A DNA stretch of 35,079 nucleotides. Origin: an uncultured Eubacteriales bacterium. Its GTDB lineage: Bacteria > Bacillota > Clostridia > Christensenellales > DTU072. The notes below the pieces were generated by a model, which was not told the origin of the DNA, made no database searches, and worked only from the letters and a program-made list of their open reading frames with translations. The stretch lies in contig CACXFJ010000118.1 in NCBI GenBank assembly GCA_902766965.1, forward strand, positions 1 to 35,079. The letters run 5' to 3'. Of the stretch, positions 26,444-32,414 are shown one piece after another (positions within the stretch are counted from its first letter, which is position 1; every line of letters begins with the position of its first letter). Position numbers and translations under genes: made by a program.

Positions 26444-27126
26444 TAAATTACTCCGTACAGCCTTAAAGTAGAAGTCAATAGATTTTCCGCTTCGGTTTTC
26501 ACACCGTACAGACGGAGGGTTACCATAAGTCCGTTGTAGGCTATCTCGGTAAGGAAAGAATCCTTGAAAGTGAGAGCATAGATAAGTCCGTTGCCGGCGA
26601 ACTTAACGTTTGCCTTTATTTCTTCCGACTGATACGACGAAGCTACGTTGGCGATAATTTCGTTCACCGCGGCGGTGACGTCGGATTCCATTTTATCTAA
26701 AATCGGCGTTTTCGGCTCCTTAATATCGGGGATAGGTTCTCCTATCGCGAGATTGACAAAACTTTCGGCATACGGACGCAAGAAGGTTTTCGTAAATTCG
26801 GAGTATCCGTCCGCCGTGTCGAGCTGCGGAAAAAGTTTTTTAAGAAGGTCGGATAAGTCCAGTCTGCCCGTGTCTATCGCAAACAAAAGAGCCGTCACGA
26901 ACGCCACTTTTTTCGAGTCGGAAGTAGGTAGCTGTCCGCGTTCTATTACCACTCTTTTATAATCTTCGTTGATTAAATATCCGCTGCTTACCGAACGCAA
27001 AATGTCTTTCGTTTCTTCGTCTTCGGTAAGAGTTATGAGAAAACTTCTTATCTCTCTTCCGGCAGTAATAACGTTGCTGTCGAGCAGGCGTTCCATGGCG
27101 TTAAGAAAACTGTTCACGACTTTCAT
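26443..27126 (-). CDS. Hypothetical soluble protein (~227 aa)
   Basis: Long ORF with host-like codon usage; SD GGAG 6 nt before ATG 27126; translationally coupled to the AEC gene; family not recognised. Confidence 0.7.
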   Translation of the reverse strand: MKVVNSFLNAMERLLDSNVITAGREIRSFLITLTEDEETKDILRSVSSGYLINEDYKRVVIERGQLPTSDSKKVAFVTALLFAIDTGRLDLSDLLKKLFPQLDTADGYSEFTKTFLRPYAESFVNLAIGEPIPDIKEPKTPILDKMESDVTAAVNEIIANVASSYQSEEIKANVKFAGNGLIYALTFKDSFLTEIAYNGLMVTLRLYGVKTEAENLLTSTLRLYGVI

Positions 27127-27282
27127 AATCATCTCCGTAGTCCTTGTTTGTAATAATAAGTATAACATTGCGGTAAAAAAAACACAACTCACGCCGTGTG
27201 TTTCGTAAATTTCGTTTGGTTTTGTCCGAAAATAATTACGGTAAATATTTCGTATATTTATCGAATTGTACGGGGCTTTTTC

Positions 27283-27311
27283 TTGACAGAATTGCGGATT
27301 TGGGGTAAAAT
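27283..27311 (+). promoter_or_regulatory. Sigma-A promoter of the Crp/Fnr regulator
   Basis: TTGACA(27283-27288)-17 bp-TAAAAT(27306-27311). Confidence 0.75.
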
Positions 27312-27318
27312 CTCATTT

Positions 27319-27332
27319 GTAGCTTATGCTAC
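27319..27332. promoter_or_regulatory. Candidate Crp/Fnr (HcpR-type) operator
   Basis: Perfect GTAGC-TTAT-GCTAC palindrome at the predicted +1. Confidence 0.5.
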
Positions 27333-27349
27333 GGAACAGTGAGGATAGA

Positions 27350-28048
27350 ATGAGAATTATTAAGCAAATCAAAAAATGCTCCCTTTTCGACGGTTTTACC
27401 GACGCGGAAATCAACGAGGCTTTCGATTATCTGCAAGCCCGTATAGTAAAATATTCCCGCGGACAGCTCGTCGCTAAAGAGAACGACCTTCCCGAAGAAA
27501 TCTGTATACTTCTCGAAGGTAATTTAGTGGAGTTCACCACGAAAAACAGCGGAAAGAGGGAAGTTATACGTTCTCTTATAGACGGCGAATACTTCGGACT
27601 TTCGCACTGTTATAATCCCGGCAGGAATTTAGGATATTACGTCGTGGCGGCTCTCGACAGCACCGTTTTGTACGTAGCGGCGGACAGCATTTTCGGTTCC
27701 GACATAGGCGACGGGGAGTTTAAGTCAAAACTTATAAAGAATCTTTTGCGCGCGTTGAGCGAAAAAATCGAAGCTCTCGAAGACAACAACGATTACATAA
27801 CCACGAAAGGTATGCGTAATAAGATAGCGAAACTTATTTACGACAAGTATTGCGAACAGAATTCCCTTACGGTAAGTCTCGGTATGAATCGTAACGAAAT
27901 GGCTAAGTACCTTAACGTAAGCCGTCCGAGTATGTCCAGAGAAATGGGCAGAATGAGAGATAACGACGATATGTTCACTTTCCGTAAAGAAATTATAGTA
28001 ATCAAGGATTTGGAAGCCTTGAAAAAACTCGCCGAATCGGCTGAATAG
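27350..28048 (+). CDS. Crp/Fnr-family transcriptional regulator (HcpR-like)
   Basis: cNMP-binding-like domain (LFDGF, LLEG, GEYFG) and HTH RNEMAKYLNVSRPSMSRE; start moved to ATG 27350 behind GAGGA. Confidence 0.88.
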   Translation: MRIIKQIKKCSLFDGFTDAEINEAFDYLQARIVKYSRGQLVAKENDLPEEICILLEGNLVEFTTKNSGKREVIRSLIDGEYFGLSHCYNPGRNLGYYVVAALDSTVLYVAADSIFGSDIGDGEFKSKLIKNLLRALSEKIEALEDNNDYITTKGMRNKIAKLIYDKYCEQNSLTVSLGMNRNEMAKYLNVSRPSMSREMGRMRDNDDMFTFRKEIIVIKDLEALKKLAESAE

Positions 28049-28069
28049 TTTTTTTATAAACTGTGAAAT

Positions 28070-28093
28070 AAACGGCGGCAAACGCCGTTTTTT
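28070..28093 (+). terminator. Intrinsic terminator after the Crp/Fnr gene
   Basis: AAACGGCG-GCAAA-CGCCGTTT followed by further Ts. Confidence 0.7.
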
Positions 28094-28116
28094 AATATAT
28101 AAAAGGAGATAACAAT

Positions 28117-29043
28117 ATGAAAATATACGACGACGCAACTCTACTTATCGGTCACACTCCGCTCGTAAGACTGAAAAGACTTGAAAAAAAGTATAATCTT
28201 TGCGGAAAAATCTACGCAAAAGCGGAATTTTTTAACCCCGGTTCTTCCGTAAAGGACAGAGCGGCGTTATTTATGATTAACGACGCCGAAAACAAAGGAC
28301 TTCTCAAAAAAGGCGGAACGGTCGTCGAACCCACCAGCGGCAACACGGGGATAGGTCTTGCCTGGATATGCGCCGTAAGGGGATACAGACTTATATTGAC
28401 CATGCCCGAAACGATGAGCGCGGAAAGGCGGAAACTCGCCAAAGCGTACGGAGCGGAAATAGTCCTTACTCCCGGTGCTCTCGGTATGCAGGGAGCTGTC
28501 GACAAGGCGAAAGAATTAGTAAAAGAACTCGACGCCTTTATGCCCGACCAGTTCGCAAATCCCGCCAACGCGTTAGCGCACGAACGGACCACCGCTATCG
28601 AGATACTCGAAGACACCGACGGCAAGGTAGATTATTTCGTGTCGGCTTTCGGCAGCGGCGGAACGGTCACCGGAGTAGGCAAAGTCTTAAAAAGAGAACT
28701 CCCCGACGTGAAAGTAATCGGTGTAGAACCCGCTTCTTCTCCGCTTTTATCCGAAGGACGTGCAGGAAAACATAAAATTCAGGGGATAGGAGCGAACTTT
28801 ATTCCCTCCCTTCTCGACGTAAAGGTAATGGATAAAGTCGTTACCGTAAGCGACGAAGAAGCCTTCGAATACGCGAGAGATTTGGCAAAAACCGAAGGCC
28901 TTTTGTGCGGTATAAGCAGCGGAGCCGCCCTTTGCGCCGCTTGCAAAATAGCCGCCGACGGCGAGAATAAAGACAAAAATATAGTAGTCGTGTTCCCCGA
29001 CACAGGCGAAAGATATTTAAGTACCGACCTTTATTCGCTGTAA
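28117..29043 (+). CDS. cysK: Cysteine synthase A (O-acetylserine sulfhydrylase)
   Basis: IGHTPLV, NPGSSVKDR (PLP Lys), EPTSGNTG, HKIQGIG, GISSGA, PDTGERYLST. Confidence 0.96.
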   Translation: MKIYDDATLLIGHTPLVRLKRLEKKYNLCGKIYAKAEFFNPGSSVKDRAALFMINDAENKGLLKKGGTVVEPTSGNTGIGLAWICAVRGYRLILTMPETMSAERRKLAKAYGAEIVLTPGALGMQGAVDKAKELVKELDAFMPDQFANPANALAHERTTAIEILEDTDGKVDYFVSAFGSGGTVTGVGKVLKRELPDVKVIGVEPASSPLLSEGRAGKHKIQGIGANFIPSLLDVKVMDKVVTVSDEEAFEYARDLAKTEGLLCGISSGAALCAACKIAADGENKDKNIVVVFPDTGERYLSTDLYSL

Positions 29044-29060
29044 TTTATTTTAAGACGTCG

Positions 29061-29117
29061 GCGAAGCGAAAGGATATTCGGATTACGCCTTGACGTTTCG
29101 GCTACGCTCAACGTGAC
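29061..29117. repeat. Degenerate REP-like palindromic element
   Basis: GCGAAGC-GAAA(29061-29071) pairs imperfectly with TTTCGGCTACGC(29096-29107), followed by TCAACGTGAC. Confidence 0.4.
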
Positions 29118-29145
29118 GATAAGGCAAATAACGAAAAAATCGACG

Positions 29146-29171
29146 AAAAAGCCCCGAATTTCGGGGCTTTC
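29146..29171. terminator. Intrinsic terminator between convergent cysK and metQ
   Basis: AAAGCCCCGA-ATT-TCGGGGCTTT; longer U-tract on the minus strand. Confidence 0.85.
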
Positions 29172-29191
29172 GCATTATAAGCGGATAGTAA

Positions 29192-30097
29192 TTATTTGAA
29201 TTTCCATTCGGTAGCTTTTCCGTAGTAAATTCCGAGAGGTTCGTAATGAACTTTGCACGCGGCGAAAAGGCTTGTTTTACCGGTGTAAGTTTCGAGATAG
29301 GGGATATGTTGGAAATAGTTGGCGTCGTATTCTCCGTTAGCTACGGCGTCGTTTTGCAAGGTCCAGTCGAGGACGGTGACTTTAAGGTCGTAGCCTTTGT
29401 CGGCAAGGAGAGCCTTGACGGAACCGTTAAGAACTTCCGCATGGGGCGTGTCGGACGCGCAGACTTTTATTTCCGTTCCGTTTCCGTTTACGGTAGCGTC
29501 TTTGGTTTCTCTCAAATCTATCTGGGTGGAAGAGTCGCAGGTCATCGCGCCCAAGTATTTATTTTTGAAGTAGTCGGACACTTCCGCGGACAGAAGCGCG
29601 TTCGTAAGAGCGTCTATTTTCTGTTTGTATGCGGCGTCGTTTGCGTAATCGTTCTTTCTGGCGGCAAGCACGTTGGCTTTGCCGGATACCTGAACGGGGT
29701 CGTTTTCGACTTCGGCTCTCTTATCGGCGGATAGTTTGCCGGTGTAAGCGGTGTTGCAGGGAAGGAGAGCGTAGTCGTAGTCGCCCATGGACGGTACGAG
29801 TAAGTTCTCGGCGACCAAAGTAACTTTGACGGTACCCGCCTTGTTTACCCACGATTTGCTCGCTTCTGATATGTTCAGTTTGCCGTCGTCGGTTACGGGA
29901 TAGTTTTTGCCTTCGGCTTCTTTCGAGATTACGCCTTTCGCTTCGAGAAGTTGGAAAGCGCGGACGGCGTTGGATTCGTCGTCGCAGATTTCGAAAGTAA
30001 TCGCTTTTGAATTTTTACACGCGGCAAGAGCGAACACGGAAAAAACACATACGACGCACAGCGTCAGGACGAGAAGGGCAGAGGTTAGTTTTTTCAT
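29192..30097 (-). CDS. metQ: MetQ/NlpA-family methionine-binding lipoprotein, circularly permuted
   Basis: Lipobox LAAC27; MetQ motifs DESNAVRAFQLL, ASDTPHAEVL, DANYFQHIPYL and VHYEPLGIY all present but in swapped order. Confidence 0.88.
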   Translation of the reverse strand: MKKLTSALLVLTLCVVCVFSVFALAACKNSKAITFEICDDESNAVRAFQLLEAKGVISKEAEGKNYPVTDDGKLNISEASKSWVNKAGTVKVTLVAENLLVPSMGDYDYALLPCNTAYTGKLSADKRAEVENDPVQVSGKANVLAARKNDYANDAAYKQKIDALTNALLSAEVSDYFKNKYLGAMTCDSSTQIDLRETKDATVNGNGTEIKVCASDTPHAEVLNGSVKALLADKGYDLKVTVLDWTLQNDAVANGEYDANYFQHIPYLETYTGKTSLFAACKVHYEPLGIYYGKATEWKFK

Positions 30098-30765
30098 TTT
30101 AATATTCTCCTTTTGTCGATTTTTTTGGCAAGTTTAAGTCCTAATTCCTGTATGAGTTGGACGATGACTACGACTACGGCAATGAGTATCCAAAAGACGG
30201 ATTGTTTTAGATAATCTCCCGTATGTCTGGTGTAGTAGGTGTATATTCCCGAAATAAGTCCGCCCGCGCCTATATTGTACGCAAACGAAGTGTAGCCTAT
30301 TATGCTTACCGCGACTACCGCCGCGCCCGTAACGAGCGACGCTTTGGATTCGGGGAGTAAAACTTTGGTTATTAACTGGAAATCGGTCGCGCCGAGGGAA
30401 CGAACGGCTTCTATTTCGCCGGCGGGTACTTCGGCAAGCGACTGTTCGACCATTCTCGAAACGAAACCGAACGCGCAAACGGTAAGGGGAATAAGGATAG
30501 TGTACCATTCTCCCGTGCCGGTGCCGAACCAGGCTCGCGACCAGGGTATACACAGCACGATTATTATAAGGCAGGGGACGGAACGCAGTATGTTCACGAT
30601 AAGTCCCACTATTGCGTTAAGCCACTTGCAGGGTTTAAGTCCGTTTTTGCTCGTCACGTTGAGAAGAATTCCGCAAGGAAGACCGAAGAGGTAGGCAAGA
30701 GCCGTCGAAAGGACGGTCATAAGCAGAGTTTCTCCGCTAAGTAAAAGAATATCAGCAAAAGTCAT
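30094..30765 (-). CDS. metI: Methionine ABC transporter permease
   Basis: ETLLM, VNILRSVP, SRMVEQSL.EV..GEIEAVRSLGA (EAA loop), IGAGGL. Confidence 0.92.
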   Translation of the reverse strand: MTFADILLLSGETLLMTVLSTALAYLFGLPCGILLNVTSKNGLKPCKWLNAIVGLIVNILRSVPCLIIIVLCIPWSRAWFGTGTGEWYTILIPLTVCAFGFVSRMVEQSLAEVPAGEIEAVRSLGATDFQLITKVLLPESKASLVTGAAVVAVSIIGYTSFAYNIGAGGLISGIYTYYTRHTGDYLKQSVFWILIAVVVVIVQLIQELGLKLAKKIDKRRILK

Positions 30766-31744
30766 CGCTGTCCACCTCCTCGAATTTTACGCCGTTTTCG
30801 TTAAGATAAGCGGAAAGTTTTTCTATATCTTCGTCGTAATACGGCAGTCTGAATATCGTCTGTCCGTAGATTTTATCGTTTATTACTTTCGTCTCCGCGT
30901 AGATTATGGACAGAAGAATATTACATTCCTGTATGATATTCGTTATTATGGGTTTGTCGGTAGACCCGTCGAAAACGAGCTTAACGAACTTCTCTCCCCT
31001 GAAGCCCGCGTTTATTTTGCCGGCATAGATAAGTTTTTTCGCAATAGGCTCTTTGGGTGACAAAAATACGTCTTGCAGATACCCTTGCGTCACTATTTCG
31101 GAGTGGTCTATTATAGCTACCTTGTTGCAGACGGCTTCGATTACCGACATCTGATGAGATATTATTACTATCGTAAGACCGAGTTTTTTGTTGAGTTCTT
31201 TAAGTAATTCCAATATGGATTTCGTCGTTTCCGGGTCGAGAGCGCTCGTCGCTTCGTCGCATAAAAGGATTTTCGGATTAGTCATAAGAGCGCGGGCGAT
31301 AGCCACTCTCTGTTGCTGTCCGCCCGACAGCTGCGACGGATAGGCGTCGAGTTTGTCGCCGAGTCCCACCGTCTCCAAAAGTTCTTTCGCGCGTGCTTTT
31401 CTTTCGGCGTCTTTATGCAGTTCTCCCGCGAGTTCTACGTTTTTCAGTACGCTCCGTTGTTGCAACAGGTTAAACTGTTGAAAAATCATCGACACGCTTT
31501 TGCGTATTTCACGCAGCCTTTTTTTGTCGGCGGAAGTGAGGTCTTCGCCGTCGATGAGAATTTTGCCGCAGGTGGGGCGTTCGAGTAAGTTTATGCACCT
31601 GACGAGCGTAGATTTTCCCGCCCCCGACAGACCGATTATTCCGTAGATATCGCCGTCTTCGATTTTAAGATTGACGTCGTGCAGGGCGACGAATTTTTCT
31701 TTCGCTCCGCCGTAGGCTTTGCTTAGATTCTGTATCTCTATCAT
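30752..31744 (-). CDS. metN: Methionine ABC transporter ATP-binding protein
   Basis: GLSGAGKSTLVRCINLLERPT, YPSQLSGGQQQRV, LLCDEATSALDP, C-terminal NIL-like domain. Confidence 0.95.
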   Translation of the reverse strand: MIEIQNLSKAYGGAKEKFVALHDVNLKIEDGDIYGIIGLSGAGKSTLVRCINLLERPTCGKILIDGEDLTSADKKRLREIRKSVSMIFQQFNLLQQRSVLKNVELAGELHKDAERKARAKELLETVGLGDKLDAYPSQLSGGQQQRVAIARALMTNPKILLCDEATSALDPETTKSILELLKELNKKLGLTIVIISHQMSVIEAVCNKVAIIDHSEIVTQGYLQDVFLSPKEPIAKKLIYAGKINAGFRGEKFVKLVFDGSTDKPIITNIIQECNILLSIIYAETKVINDKIYGQTIFRLPYYDEDIEKLSAYLNENGVKFEEVDSDDFC

Positions 31745-31767
31745 ATAATCTCCTTTACGTTATTCAT

Positions 31768-31799
31768 AAAAAAAGCAGTAAGTCCGTAAACTTACTGCT
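31768..31799 (-). terminator. Leader (attenuator) terminator upstream of metN
   Basis: Minus strand AGCAGTAAGT-TTACGG-ACTTACTGCT, a perfect 10-bp stem running into a 7-T tract that ends 23 nt before the metN ATG. Confidence 0.9.
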
Positions 31800-31827
31800 C
31801 CTTACCGTCTGAAAAAAGGGAATAGGC

Positions 31828-31917
31828 TTACGACTTTTCGGCAACACGAAAATTACACATGACACCCGTCATGCGCATAATCATATCCATAGCCATAGTA
31901 GAACCGAAATTTGTCAT
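31828..31917 (-). CDS. Met-rich leader peptide, 29 aa: MTNFGSTMAMDMIMRMTGVMCNFRVAEKS
   Basis: SD AAGGAG, ATG at 31917, TAA at 31830-31828; 7 Met codons; lies between the promoter and the leader terminator; below the ORF-track length cutoff. Confidence 0.85.
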   Translation of the reverse strand: MTNFGSTMAMDMIMRMTGVMCNFRVAEKS

Positions 31918-31937
31918 AAACTTCTCCTTGCTCTCAA

Positions 31938-31967
31938 AGTGTATCATTAAGAAATACGCCTTGTCAA
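31938..31967 (-). promoter_or_regulatory. Sigma-A promoter of the leader-metNIQ transcript
   Basis: Minus strand TTGACA(31967-31962)-18 bp-TACACT(31943-31938) with TG extension. Confidence 0.7.
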
Positions 31968-32041
31968 CGACTTGACGCCATTAAAAGAAATTTTTACCTA
32001 TTATTTACCGTAATCGTCAAAAAGACTTTTTTCTTTCGGAA

Positions 32042-32287
32042 TCAGTCTAAATCTATGTTTTGCGCAAGAAAAGAATCATCGTCCAAAAATTCGCTCGGCG
32101 TAATGCCGAGACCGTTCGACAACATAATAACGGTTTTTAACGAAACTCCGTTCGTACGCCTTTGCATAATGCTTTTTATCGTCGGGAAAGGAACTCCGCT
32201 GAGCTGGGATAGTCTGTATTGCGAAATTTTTCGTTCTTCGAGATATTTGCACAACCTGTCGGCGACGACGTTATTTATTGTTTTCAT
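32042..32287 (-). CDS. XRE/Cro-family HTH transcriptional regulator (~81 aa)
   Basis: LEERKISQYRLSQLSGVPFPTIKSI...LSNGLGITPSEF; start uncertain (ATG 32287 or 32296). Confidence 0.85.
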   Translation of the reverse strand: MKTINNVVADRLCKYLEERKISQYRLSQLSGVPFPTIKSIMQRRTNGVSLKTVIMLSNGLGITPSEFLDDDSFLAQNIDLD

Positions 32288-32343
32288 ACTTAACATTTTA
32301 ATATACCAAATATATAAGATAGGACGGCGTATCATTCTTTGGG

Positions 32344-32390
32344 TTGACATATCGTCTTATATGTGTTAACATTAGGATTATACATAATCC
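32344..32390 (+). promoter_or_regulatory. Sigma-A promoter of the LRR gene with two overlapping palindromes
   Basis: TTGACA(32344-32349)-17 bp-TAACAT(32367-32372) with TG; ACATAT-N6-ATATGT(32347-32364); GGATTAT-AC-ATAATCC(32375-32390). Confidence 0.6.
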
Positions 32391-32414
32391 CAAATATTAT
32401 ACTGGAGGCTCAAA

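Noticed and set aside
31745-31935. S-box (SAM-I) or Met T-box as the element upstream of metN
   Set aside because: No ATC.AGAG / GGTGC.AA SAM-I core and no TGG.ACC T-box bulge on the minus strand; the leader is mostly occupied by the Met-rich ORF. An Rfam scan is still needed.
31963-31976. GTCAA-N4-TTGAC palindrome at the met promoter
   Set aside because: One arm is simply the -35 box, the arms are only 5 bp, and I saw no second copy.
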